A stretch of 64,000 nt of DNA from an uncultured Candidatus Saccharibacteria bacterium (GCA_964474825.1 CAYYWQ010000001.1:357609-421608), one strand, 5' to 3'. Positions 31,155 through 41,334 are shown, counted from the stretch's first letter. Program-made: numbers and translations. The notes: generated by a model not told the origin, from the letters alone.

Positions 31155-31529
31155 TTAGATTTTTAAGTTAAAAAAGAATTCAACACATAAAAATAACAGG
31201 ACTATGCTTAGTTCCACCCACCAAAAGAGCAAACGGCTGGCCAAGAGCATAAAAGAAATAACAATTAGCAAGGAAAGAAGCAGGGCTTGCCGAAAACTTG
31301 CGCTTAAATTCAAAATGTAAAGTTTGGGCCAAAGCCATTGCCTTATGCCCAATCCAAGGATTGTAAAAACCCCAAGGCAAAGCATGAACAGGCTAATGTA
31401 AAAAAACAGTCGAGTGATCCACGAGGAATAAAATGGGTCTGTAAAATTTACAATACAAGCCAGGCAAAATCCCGCGAGTAAAATAGATACTGCTATTAGT
31501 CCAACTTGTTGTTTGGCTGTTTTAAACAT
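31155..31529 (-). CDS. 4-TM membrane protein
   Basis: Four hydrophobic segments, DP loop, SFRQA motif. Confidence 0.75.
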   Translation of the reverse strand: MFKTAKQQVGLIAVSILLAGFCLACIVNFTDPFYSSWITRLFFYISLFMLCLGVFTILGLGIRQWLWPKLYILNLSASFRQALLLSLLIVISFMLLASRLLFWWVELSIVLLFLCVEFFFNLKI

Positions 31530-31550
31530 AATAATTATACCATACTTTAT

Positions 31551-31642
31551 CTGTCTTTACGAACTACGAATAAATACTAATATACGAATTCTAAATGTTA
31601 GCATTTGTATATTCGTAACCAATTAGTAGTTAGTAAAGACAG
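31551..31642. repeat. Long imperfect inverted repeat of short tandem units
   Basis: ctgtctttacgaactacgaataaatactaatatacgaat ... atttgtatattcgtaaccaattagtagttagtaaagacag. Confidence 0.7.
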
Positions 31643-31646
31643 GAGG

Positions 31647-34583
31647 TTACTCAAGGTAACTAAATTCGCATTTGTGTTTAATTTTGCTGTCTAATTCTTT
31701 AAATTTGTCGTATTTGGTAGCGTCGATTATTTGTTCCATTATTTCCAGGAGCCCCTCTTTAAGTTTGGTAATATCCTCCGGACTGCCTAAATCCTGGGGT
31801 ATAAAGCTGTTGTCTTGCAAATACCAGTATTTCATGCCAAGAACTTTTTCGCGCAGGAATTCCTGGGCCGCCCACTGGTAAATATACAATTGGTCTATAT
31901 CTCTTTTGCTTTTGGGGGTCTTGCCGGTTTTGTAATCTATAATTTCAATGCCGCCGTCACTTACGTCGGCCCTGTCAATCTTCCCCTTAAAAGTATAGTC
32001 CTTTATTTTAATTTGGAAAAATTGTTCTATATATTTTGTTTTTGGGGCAGTTGACTTTAAGTTGTCATAAAAGGTGGTGAGCATTTTTTTGCCCATTGCC
32101 CGGTACTTTTCTTTTTCATCTTTTTTTGGATACCAGTCATCCACCCAATTTTTTGCGTATAGGGCTTCCAAAAATTTAAAGTCCGGCAAGGGGTTGTCGC
32201 TGGGTTTTTGGCCAAACAGGTCTGTTTGTTTCAGCTCCTGGTTGTTTTTGTACAGCTTTAAAAATTCTTCAAATGTTTTGTGGATGGTTATGCCAAAACT
32301 GGCATGGTAGCTACCGGGCAGCGGCAGTTTTAAGTAATGGACATATTTATATTTTAAAGGGCATGTTTCAAAATCGTTTAATTCCGTGTAAGAAAAATTC
32401 GTGGGCAAAACATGATAAATTTGTTTACCGTTAGTATTAGCCGGCGATTTGGTAAAAATTACTTTCCCGGTCGCGAGGTTGGTTTTGTCACTGGGTACTA
32501 ACTTAGTTTCGAGTAAAAATTGCGAAGGCTTTTTTGCCCGTGAGCCCCCGTAATCTTTAGCCCACGAAAAATACAAATTGCTGCGGGCACGTGTTAGCCC
32601 TACGTAAAACAACCTTCTTTCTTCCTGCAAATGGAAGTCCCCTTCTGGCAGTATATCTTTTACCAAAGCAGCGGGAATTTCAATTGCGTCAGATTTTTGC
32701 CGTGTTGGAAAGCGCTGGTCTACCATGTTTATAATAAACACATATTTAAATTCTAAGCCCTTAGCGCTGTGTATTGTTAAAACTTTTAGGCTTTCGGGGC
32801 CAAGGTTTGGGTCAAATTTGATTGCGCCATCGCTCCCGGCCTGTATTTCCAGGCTCAGTGCTTCTAAAAAGCTGTGCAGGTCTTTATGTTCCTGTTCCTG
32901 TTCAAAGACCTCTATTTTTTTATAAAACTGGTCGAGTAATTCCCGACTCTCCGCGTTGCCTTGGGTGTCTGTTTTTAATTTTGTCTCCAGTCCTAAGTCC
33001 TGAACAATAGCCACCAGAATTTCCGCGGCAGTGCAGTTTTTGCAATCCACCGTGTGTTTCCTCAGGGTGTCCATTAAATCCTGGATTTTCTTTTTGCTCT
33101 CTTGGGAAATCTCAGCTAAAGTTTGGCCAGCTACAAGGCTGTCATATAGTGAGAGTGTTTTTTTCTTGCCCAGGAGCAATAAGCTGGAAAGTTCGTTGTG
33201 CGGAATTTGGAATTTGGGCAAAGTTAAAACCCTGTAAAGCGCCAAGGAGTCGTGCGCGTTGTCCAGTAGTTTCATATAGGCCAAAACGTCTAAAATAATG
33301 GGCTTTTTATATAGTCCTCGGTTAGCTACAAAAGTGTAAGGGATGTTGTAATTGTCTAAAATAGGCAGCAATTCGTCTGCCGCTGAGTTAGCACGAATTA
33401 AAACCGCGAAATCATTCCAGGAAGACTCTCCGCCCTGGAGCTCCACAATTTTCTTTGCCACTTCGTTTAATTCATCGCTTAAGTCCCTGCCTTCAATAAC
33501 CTCAATAATTCCCTGTCCTTTGTCCGCAGCCTTTAGCTGCTTATTAATTTGCAGTTTTACTTCGAGCCGGTCCGGGTTATTGGCCTGGATAAAATTGTAA
33601 GCAAGATCTAAAATATTTTGGGTAGATCGGTAATTTTCTACCAAAGTAATTTGTTTAAATTCGGAAAAGTCGTCCTTAAATTTTAAAATGTTGGAAACGC
33701 TGGCGCCGCGGAATTTATAAATAGACTGGTCGTCGTCACCCACCACAGTTAGATTTTTAGTTTCCCCCGCCAGCATCTTTACCAACTGGTACTGGGCAAA
33801 GTTGGTGTCCTGGAATTCGTCTACCATTACAAACTTAAACTTTTTTTGGTAAAACTGCAAAATTTTGGGACGTTTTTTAAACAGCTCAAGTGTGTAATTT
33901 ATTAAATCGCCAAAATCTAAATAGTTGTTGTCGAGCAAAAGTTTTTGGTAAACGTGATAGGCGTTTGCAATCTCTTCTAAGCGTCCAACCTCATTTAGGT
34001 CAACCGCGTCTTCAGTCTTCTTCTTTTTGGTTTTAACAGGCTGGTCGGTTTGAAGCCTTAAGGTCTCGGCGTGTTTTAAATAATCTTCAGGGGCAATTAA
34101 TTCGTCTTTACAGCGGGAAAAATGGGAAAGCAGGGCGTCAATAAATTTCCCAGGATTGCCAAGGGGTTTGTAGTAATCTAAATTGAATTTGTCAAAATTA
34201 TTAAAAACCAAGACCCACTGGGCTACGTCGTCCAATAGTTTAAAGTCATTGGGCAGGCCAATGTCCAGCGCGTGGCTTTTTAGAATGCGTTCGCAAAAAC
34301 TGTGGAAAGTAGAAATCCATTGGTCGTAATAGCCTAAAGGCAAAAGCAAGTCTACCCGTTCCTGCATTTCCCCGGCCGCTTTTTCGGTAAAAGTTAAAGC
34401 AAGAATTTCTTCTGGTGTTGCCAATTTTTGTTCTACCAAATAAGCAATCCTACGAGTTATGACTGTTGTTTTGCCTGTTCCCGCTCCAGCCACAATTAAA
34501 AGCGGTCCAGCCGTATGCTTGACCGCTTTGCCCTGTTCATCATTAAGTCCCGCCAGCAAGTTTTGACTATTTGTGTCCGTCAT
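31647..34583 (-). CDS. UvrD/PcrA-family helicase with C-terminal PD-(D/E)XK nuclease (AdnAB/AddA-like architecture)
   Basis: AGAGTGKT, TFTEKAA, VDEFQD, GDDDQSIY.FRGA, ENYRS, TIHSAKGLEF, EERRLFYV; GKIDR...IIDYKTG, QL.IY. Confidence 0.93.
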   Translation of the reverse strand: MTDTNSQNLLAGLNDEQGKAVKHTAGPLLIVAGAGTGKTTVITRRIAYLVEQKLATPEEILALTFTEKAAGEMQERVDLLLPLGYYDQWISTFHSFCERILKSHALDIGLPNDFKLLDDVAQWVLVFNNFDKFNLDYYKPLGNPGKFIDALLSHFSRCKDELIAPEDYLKHAETLRLQTDQPVKTKKKKTEDAVDLNEVGRLEEIANAYHVYQKLLLDNNYLDFGDLINYTLELFKKRPKILQFYQKKFKFVMVDEFQDTNFAQYQLVKMLAGETKNLTVVGDDDQSIYKFRGASVSNILKFKDDFSEFKQITLVENYRSTQNILDLAYNFIQANNPDRLEVKLQINKQLKAADKGQGIIEVIEGRDLSDELNEVAKKIVELQGGESSWNDFAVLIRANSAADELLPILDNYNIPYTFVANRGLYKKPIILDVLAYMKLLDNAHDSLALYRVLTLPKFQIPHNELSSLLLLGKKKTLSLYDSLVAGQTLAEISQESKKKIQDLMDTLRKHTVDCKNCTAAEILVAIVQDLGLETKLKTDTQGNAESRELLDQFYKKIEVFEQEQEHKDLHSFLEALSLEIQAGSDGAIKFDPNLGPESLKVLTIHSAKGLEFKYVFIINMVDQRFPTRQKSDAIEIPAALVKDILPEGDFHLQEERRLFYVGLTRARSNLYFSWAKDYGGSRAKKPSQFLLETKLVPSDKTNLATGKVIFTKSPANTNGKQIYHVLPTNFSYTELNDFETCPLKYKYVHYLKLPLPGSYHASFGITIHKTFEEFLKLYKNNQELKQTDLFGQKPSDNPLPDFKFLEALYAKNWVDDWYPKKDEKEKYRAMGKKMLTTFYDNLKSTAPKTKYIEQFFQIKIKDYTFKGKIDRADVSDGGIEIIDYKTGKTPKSKRDIDQLYIYQWAAQEFLREKVLGMKYWYLQDNSFIPQDLGSPEDITKLKEGLLEIMEQIIDATKYDKFKELDSKIKHKCEFSYLE

Positions 34584-34617
34584 GAATGGTTAAAGTATAT
34601 TTATTTGGCTTGAGTCG

Positions 34618-34956
34618 TTAAAAACCCGAAAAGGCAATATAGTTAACGAAAAGAAGCATTGCCGAAGAAAGGAGAGAAACAAAGCCTAATAAAATACCAA
34701 TAATTGCCAAAGTTCTTTGTTTAAAGGTGGCAGTCCTTTGTTTATAAAATGCTAAAAACCCAGCTAAGATAGAAAGCATCCCTAATACTAGCAGGCAAAT
34801 TAGCAAAATCTTTTTACCATTAGAAAAAGTATTAAACATCCTAGATGTTTGAGGTAAAAACAAAATAAAATTGGGGACCAATCCTAATATAAGGCTTGCT
34901 ATAATAAAAAGGTTGGGATTGCTGCTGTTTGCATTCTGGCTTTGAATTGAATCCAT
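34618..34956 (-). CDS. 3-TM membrane protein
   Basis: IASLILG...AIIGILLG pattern resembling DUF4190-type proteins. Confidence 0.65.
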   Translation of the reverse strand: MDSIQSQNANSSNPNLFIIASLILGLVPNFILFLPQTSRMFNTFSNGKKILLICLLVLGMLSILAGFLAFYKQRTATFKQRTLAIIGILLGFVSLLSSAMLLFVNYIAFSGF

Positions 34957-34983
34957 TTAAGTTATTCGATAGTTTATTAAAGT

Positions 34984-35430
34984 CTAATCTTTATTTCTAA
35001 TAAAATTTGTCCACTGTTTCCATAAATCCATGCCTTCGTCTTTGTATTGCGACCAGAAGTTGGCGGGATTTACAATTTGGACGCCTTGGTGTTCGTTAAG
35101 CTGTAATAAATCGTTATCACTCGTTACCAAATATTCCGCCCCTGCCTCTACTGCGCTTTCCAAAATTTTATTGTCTTCTTCGTCACGGACTATGTGAATA
35201 TTTCGCCTATTTACAACCCAGTTTACCTGGCTAAATAAGTTGTTTAACTGTTCTTGGTATTCGTCATTGTCAATAAGCTGATGGGAAATAAGTTTGTTTT
35301 CCTGCAGTGTCTGCTTATTAGCGTAAGCTTCTATTTCCCCTGCAATAACCGCGTCTATAATCTTTTTTTCGTAAGAATAGTCGTCTTTAAAGCCATTAAT
35401 TAAAACGTTGGTGTCTATAACTATTTTCAT
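34984..35430 (-). CDS. PIN-domain protein (putative toxin, PIN family)
   Basis: MKIVIDTNVLI, RDEEDNKILESA, LVTSDNDLL. Confidence 0.9.
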   Translation of the reverse strand: MKIVIDTNVLINGFKDDYSYEKKIIDAVIAGEIEAYANKQTLQENKLISHQLIDNDEYQEQLNNLFSQVNWVVNRRNIHIVRDEEDNKILESAVEAGAEYLVTSDNDLLQLNEHQGVQIVNPANFWSQYKDEGMDLWKQWTNFIRNKD

Positions 35431-35435
35431 TTAAT

Positions 35436-35633
35436 TTATTTCTTTTTAAAGGTCACGGCCACTGACTTTGGATGGTCCAAAACTTTCACTCTCTCGATTA
35501 GTCCCTTTCCGGCCAATGAAACAAAAATGCCCAACTGAGGATCTTCTTTATTTATAGTTAAAATCCCCTTTTGGGAAATAATTTCCAAAGCGGCCACTTC
35601 TTCTACCGCTAAAGTTTCTTTATTTTCTCCCAT
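35436..35633 (-). CDS. Small hypothetical protein, possibly winged-helix
   Basis: Overlaps the NYN stop and ends 5 nt before PIN; SLAGKGLIERV pattern. Confidence 0.55.
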   Translation of the reverse strand: MGENKETLAVEEVAALEIISQKGILTINKEDPQLGIFVSLAGKGLIERVKVLDHPKSVAVTFKKK

Positions 35634-36138
35634 TTTTTATTGGCATTAAAAATTTGCGAGGATTTTCGTCTAAATCAATAAAGTTGTCTGTTAGTTCTTT
35701 AACTTTTCCGCTGCAGGTTTTGCCAAAGGCTACGGTTTCGGTTAATTGGCCGGACATTTGGAGATATTCCAAAAGCGGAATAAAGTCGCCGTCGCCGCTG
35801 CAGAGGACCACGACGTCCAGTTTATTTAACATTTTTATAATATCCATGGCAATGCCCACGTCCCAATCCCCTTTTTGGTGTCCTCCGGCAAAAGTTTGCA
35901 GTTCTTTTACCTTAACTTCAAAACCTGCCTTGTCCAATGCTTCAAAAAATGTATGCTCTTCGGGCATGTCAGCCTTAACTACGTAAGCAATGGCCCTAAC
36001 TAATTTGCGGTCGCCCACTGCCGCGTCTAAAATTTCGTTAAACTTTACCCTGGCGTTATACATATTCCTCGCGGAATAGTATAAGTTCTGTACGTCTACA
36101 AATACTCCTACTCTTTGATCGGGATTTCGTATGGACAT
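35620..36138 (-). CDS. NYN-domain protein (LabA/DUF88)
   Basis: VFVDVQNLY, KGDWDVGIAMD, SGDGDF.PL. Confidence 0.93.
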   Translation of the reverse strand: MSIRNPDQRVGVFVDVQNLYYSARNMYNARVKFNEILDAAVGDRKLVRAIAYVVKADMPEEHTFFEALDKAGFEVKVKELQTFAGGHQKGDWDVGIAMDIIKMLNKLDVVVLCSGDGDFIPLLEYLQMSGQLTETVAFGKTCSGKVKELTDNFIDLDENPRKFLMPIKNGRK

Positions 36139-36143
36139 TTAGT

Positions 36144-36419
36144 TCATTTTAATTTTTTATAAGTGTTGACTGAGTAGTTATTTTCTTTTTTTGGATCCCC
36201 TTGCCTTAATTTTCCCGCAGTTACTGACTTATTTAGGTAGTTAGTAAGCTGAATCATAAAAAGCGCATCTGACACTTTTTCCTTTCCCGCTATATCTTCG
36301 GCGCTAAAAGCTTGTTCCGGTTTTTTTCCAGCAAAAAAAGAATTGGCATGATTTTCTGCAACAACTTCCGGAACTCCAAACTCTATTTTGCCGCTTTTAT
36401 TTTCAGGTCTTTGGCGCAT
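36144..36419 (-). CDS. Small hypothetical protein, possibly winged-helix
   Basis: Abuts the rmuC stop; FSAEDIA...YLNKSV..GKL pattern. Confidence 0.55.
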   Translation of the reverse strand: MRQRPENKSGKIEFGVPEVVAENHANSFFAGKKPEQAFSAEDIAGKEKVSDALFMIQLTNYLNKSVTAGKLRQGDPKKENNYSVNTYKKLK

Positions 36420-37445
36420 TTATTGAATTAATTTTTGTGGCTCCTTTATAATTTCAGCCTCTGCTTTAAGTTCCAACGTCGCGGCGTTTTGTATTGAAGT
36501 CTTTAATTTTGCGTAGTCATTGGTTACTGTACCCATGGTGTTGCCCGCGTTTTTTATATGGTTGCCTAATATGTCCAGGTTACGGCCAAACTTTTCGCTT
36601 TCTTGCTTAATGCCGGAAATCATAGCCAATATTTGCTGCGCAGCTTCGTTAATTTTTTGTCCGCGCAGGCTGAGTAAAATTATTTGGAGGTGATGGTAAA
36701 GCGTGTTGGGGCTTACGCAGTAAACTTTTTTCTCTCTGGCATAATTTAGTGTTGCAGTATCGTCCAACACTTCACTAAACACCCCTTCACTCGGAATATA
36801 CATAAGCGCAAAGTCAAAAGTATTTTCCTGGGGCAAAATGTATTTTTTGTGGATTTCGTCCACTCGTTTTTTCACGTCTTTTAAAAAGGCTTTCTTTAAT
36901 CCCTCAGCCGCTTCTTCTGTTTTGGCCTCCTTATAAAGTCTAAAGTTTTCCATGCTGAATTTGCTGTCTATCGGTAGTATTTTTTCTCCAACGTTAATAA
37001 TAGCGTCTACTACTTCCCCGTTTTTAAATTTGTATTGAATAGTAAAGCCGTTCTTTGGCAAAGCCTGGGAAAGCATGTTCTCCAGCATTTCTTCACCAAA
37101 GTTACCTCTTAGCTTTGGACTGGCAAGAGTTTCTGTTAAGCGGCGAATGTCAGGCCCGACTTGTGATATTCCACCCAGTTCTTTTGTTAGAGCGGCAATT
37201 ACTCTTCCGGCGTTGTCTAGTCTTTCGTTAATAGCCTTGTTTGTTTCATTTATGGACTTTTGCATTCCTTCGCGGGTTTGCTCGGTGCCTTGTTTTATGT
37301 CCTTCATCCATTCCATCATTACCTTTAAGCTAGCATCTTCAGACGGTTTTTCGCTTTTCTTTTTAAGGTCTATGAGATAATACAACACCACCCCAAAACC
37401 TATAACAAAAATCCCTATAATTGCGTATAAAATTGTGTTTTGCAT
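36420..37445 (-). CDS. rmuC: DNA recombination protein RmuC
   Basis: N-terminal TM, coiled coil, PKLRGNFGE, IDSKF, KKYI, DFALMYIPSE, SPNT. Confidence 0.92.
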   Translation of the reverse strand: MQNTILYAIIGIFVIGFGVVLYYLIDLKKKSEKPSEDASLKVMMEWMKDIKQGTEQTREGMQKSINETNKAINERLDNAGRVIAALTKELGGISQVGPDIRRLTETLASPKLRGNFGEEMLENMLSQALPKNGFTIQYKFKNGEVVDAIINVGEKILPIDSKFSMENFRLYKEAKTEEAAEGLKKAFLKDVKKRVDEIHKKYILPQENTFDFALMYIPSEGVFSEVLDDTATLNYAREKKVYCVSPNTLYHHLQIILLSLRGQKINEAAQQILAMISGIKQESEKFGRNLDILGNHIKNAGNTMGTVTNDYAKLKTSIQNAATLELKAEAEIIKEPQKLIQ

Positions 37446-37451
37446 GCATTT

Positions 37452-37460
37452 ATTATACCA
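37452..37460 (-). promoter_or_regulatory. Extended -10 (TGGTATAAT) 6 nt before the rmuC ATG; probable leaderless promoter
   Basis: Minus strand TGGTATAATAAATGCATG. Confidence 0.6.
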
Positions 37461-37485
37461 AAATTTAGGTTAAAGTGAAAACAAA

Positions 37486-37515
37486 TTAAAAACCCCAGAC
37501 TACTGGGGTTTTTAA
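37486..37515 (-). terminator. Terminator after tRNA-Asp
   Basis: ttaaaaaccccag-acta-ctggggtttttaa. Confidence 0.8.
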
Positions 37516-37592
37516 TGGCGGGACCGGCGGGGCTCGAACCCGTAACCTCTCGCGTGACAGGCGAGTGCTCTAACCAATTGAGCTACGGTCCC
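37516..37592 (-). tRNA. tRNA-Asp(GTC)
   Basis: GGGACCGTAGCTCAATTGG...CTCGC-CTGTCAC-GCGAG...GGTTCGAGCCC...CCA. Confidence 0.97.
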
Positions 37593-37610
37593 TTATTGGA
37601 TTGTAAAGTG

Positions 37611-37731
37611 CCCCTCGACTTCGCTCGGGACACCACTCGACTCGCTTCAATCTTTATCTACTTTGGTTGAGGCCTTCAAAGGCCGAAACCACGAGCAAGT
37701 TTTGATGTTAATCAAAACGAGTCGAGTGGTG
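37611..37731 (-). other. Structured spacer element 3' of tRNA-CAT
   Basis: 14-bp inverted repeat caccactcgactcg / cgagtcgagtggtg enclosing small hairpins; adjacent ccctcgacttcgctcggg hairpin. Confidence 0.6.
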
Positions 37732-37803
37732 CCGAGGAGAGGAATTGCACCTCTGACCTTGGGCTTATGAGTCCCACGCTCTAACTAACTGAGCTACCCC
37801 GGC
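37727..37803 (-). tRNA. tRNA-CAT, non-initiator (elongator Met; Ile2 not excluded)
   Basis: GCCGGGGTAGCTCAG...CTCATAA...GGTGCAATTCC...CACCA; G1-C72 paired. Confidence 0.9.
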
Positions 37804-37903
37804 TGGTCGTTTTTAAAGAAAAAACCCTCGACAGAGGGTAAAATCTGTCACGATTTTATGGTTTTAACCAAGTTAATTTTCCATCTACGATCAAAAGCTA
37901 GCT

Positions 37904-37979
37904 TGGTTGCGGGACCCGGACTCGAACCGGGAACCTCAAGGTTATGAGCCTTGCGAGCTGCCAATTGCTCTATCCCGCG
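37904..37979 (-). tRNA. tRNA-fMet(CAT), initiator
   Basis: CGCGGGATAGAGCA...CAAGG-CTCATAA-CCTTG...CCCGCAACCA; C1:A72 mismatch. Confidence 0.95.
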
Positions 37980-38058
37980 ATATGACTCCATATATTATAA
38001 TAGATTTATTCAAAAATAACAAGTAGTCAGGCTTGGTACAACAGGCCCCCTAAAAAAC

Positions 38059-38089
38059 AAAAACCATCCTATTTTTGGGGATGGTTTTT
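38059..38089 (-). terminator. Terminator after the basic peptide ORF
   Basis: aaaaaccatcc...ggatggttttt. Confidence 0.7.
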
Positions 38090-38111
38090 GTACTCGATAA
38101 GAGTAAGAAGC

Positions 38112-38177
38112 CTAGCGGCGCTTTTTGGAAGCGCTTTTCTTCTTGGTAGTCTTCTTTTTTGCTTTTTTCTTAGCCAT
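38112..38177 (-). CDS. 21-aa lysine-rich peptide MAKKKAKKKTTKKKSASKKRR (not in the ORF track)
   Basis: GGGAGA SD-like element about 8 nt upstream, ATG...TAG, terminator downstream. Confidence 0.65.
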   Translation of the reverse strand: MAKKKAKKKTTKKKSASKKRR

Positions 38178-38421
38178 TGGGCTAGTCTCCCGAAGTGACA
38201 CTGATTTTGGTGGCACTTCTTAATTTTCTACTTCCCTTTTATGGGATGAGTAGTAACAAATTTATCCAGCACTAATTTTATTAAACTAGTATTGGATACC
38301 AACCTTCTATTACTTCAATTTGAATTTCTGAATTAATTGAGTAATTAGCGCTGGATTAATTTCTGATTTTTACCCCCGAAGTTTTCGTTTCTTGAAGAAC
38401 TTTTTTATTCCTAAATTTATT

Positions 38422-39138
38422 TTAGGACACTTTAAAATATTTGTCAAGCATTTTTGGCTTGTCAATCACGGTTTGTAAAATTTTTCGCTGGCGTTTGTTT
38501 TTTATTTTTAAAATTTCAAAATTTAATTTAGATTTTGACAAGCTTTGAACCAAATTGAAATTATTTTTTATTGCTTTCGCAGTATTTTTTTCCAGTTTAA
38601 AATTTAAAACCAAACAAAACCTTAATGCCCTAATTATTCTTAGCGGATCTTCTTTTATTCTTATTTTTGGTTTTCCTATGAATCTAATTAATTTTAACTT
38701 AATATCACCTAAACCTTTATTGTAATCTAAAACTTCTCCGTTTTTTGCCTTTAAATATAAGGAATTTATAGTAAAATCTCGTCTTTGACTGTCAATTTTA
38801 GGGTTTTTAATAAGATTGATTTTTGGATACCGGGTAGTCCCATACGACTCTTTACGAAAAGTCGCAATTTCAATTTCCTGTTTACCATTATGGGCTTTAA
38901 CGACCCCAAAGCTTTTACCTAGAGTGGATAGTCTAATTTTATTTTTTAGCAGTAAATTCATGACTTCTTCTGGTGTTGCCGATGTTGAAATGTCAATATC
39001 GGTTACCTTGCACCCCAATAAAATATCCCTAACCATACCCCCAACAAAAAAAGTTTGCGGAAAGTTTTCCACAAGCAAAAAATAAATAAAAAACCCAAAA
39101 TGTTCAAGTTGAGTTTTGGGTTGAAAAATATTTTTCAT
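38422..39138 (-). CDS. tRNA nucleotidyltransferase/poly(A) polymerase-family protein, short form
   Basis: VGGMVRD, DIDIST, EIATFR, RRDFTINSL, EDPLRIIRALRF. Confidence 0.9.
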   Translation of the reverse strand: MKNIFQPKTQLEHFGFFIYFLLVENFPQTFFVGGMVRDILLGCKVTDIDISTSATPEEVMNLLLKNKIRLSTLGKSFGVVKAHNGKQEIEIATFRKESYGTTRYPKINLIKNPKIDSQRRDFTINSLYLKAKNGEVLDYNKGLGDIKLKLIRFIGKPKIRIKEDPLRIIRALRFCLVLNFKLEKNTAKAIKNNFNLVQSLSKSKLNFEILKIKNKRQRKILQTVIDKPKMLDKYFKVS

Positions 39139-39162
39139 TAAATTAATCTCTCACGCAAACTT

Positions 39163-39615
39163 TTATTTTTCCATTGTTGCGGAACCGGCCAGTGGATTTT
39201 TTCTGTGCGCGTGTTTTCTGGCAACATTTAAGCGCGACAAGTTTCGTTCCAAAGTCGCGGCAACTTTAGCATAGTCGGCTTCGTTTGCATGTTTTTCGGA
39301 CATGGCTTTTTTGGCGCGCTCTATTGCTTCCTCAGTGGCCTTAACATCTATTTCATAATGGTGTTCAGCCGCGTCTGCCAAAACAATAATTTCATTATTT
39401 TCCCGCACTTCCACAAACCCACCGCTAACATGAATAAAGTGCTCCTGGTTATTGACTTTTGCAACCAATTCCCCGGGCGCTAAAGTAGCCACTAAAGGAA
39501 TATGATGCGGTAAAATAGTTATTTGCCCCAAGGTTGTAGGGCACGACAAACTATCCAGTTCTTCTTGTAGAACAGTTCGTTCGGGAGTTACTAATTGAAA
39601 ATTTAATTTAGACAT
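39163..39615 (-). CDS. atpC: ATP synthase F1 epsilon
   Basis: LVTPER, GQITILPHHIPL, VSGGFVEV, LADAAE. Confidence 0.97.
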   Translation of the reverse strand: MSKLNFQLVTPERTVLQEELDSLSCPTTLGQITILPHHIPLVATLAPGELVAKVNNQEHFIHVSGGFVEVRENNEIIVLADAAEHHYEIDVKATEEAIERAKKAMSEKHANEADYAKVAATLERNLSRLNVARKHAHRKNPLAGSATMEK

Positions 39616-39624
39616 AGGGGTTGA

Positions 39625-39689
39625 GTATGATGCATTTAGTATTATACAGACTGCATTTATACATCATACCTTATACAAAATACATAATA

Positions 39690-39690
<1 letters not shown>
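39625..39690. repeat. Inverted pair of 7-bp tandem arrays between atpD and atpC
   Basis: gtatgat gcattta gtattat / atacatc atacctt atacaaa atacata atac. Confidence 0.7.
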
Positions 39691-41066
<1,376 letters not shown>

Positions 41067-41330
41067 TTAAGATTTAATTTCTGGGAATTGTTTCTGTAAT
41101 TCCTTTAAAAAATAATTTGGGTCATATGGGTCCAGTAGTGGCTCTGTGAGGTTTGTGTTCAGTGATTGTCCGGTTTCTTTAAATCTTTCCTCCCAGTTCC
41201 AGTTATCAAATAACGGTTTCCCTTTGTAGGTAGCTTTAACTTTTTCATAATGCGCTCGGGCTTCTGCTAATTGACTTTGTCTTTGAGCCTTATACTCTTC
41301 AGGGTTAAATTTTGGATTTTCTGTTCCCAT
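41067..41330 (-). CDS. Hypothetical protein between atpG and atpD
   Basis: 87-aa ATG ORF with 4-9 nt gaps to its neighbours. Confidence 0.7.
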   Translation of the reverse strand: MGTENPKFNPEEYKAQRQSQLAEARAHYEKVKATYKGKPLFDNWNWEERFKETGQSLNTNLTEPLLDPYDPNYFLKELQKQFPEIKS

Positions 41331-41334
41331 AAAT

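Noticed and set aside
31647-37592. Prophage or integrative element at the tRNA cluster
   Set aside because: No integrase, phage genes or duplicated tRNA 3' end (att site) seen
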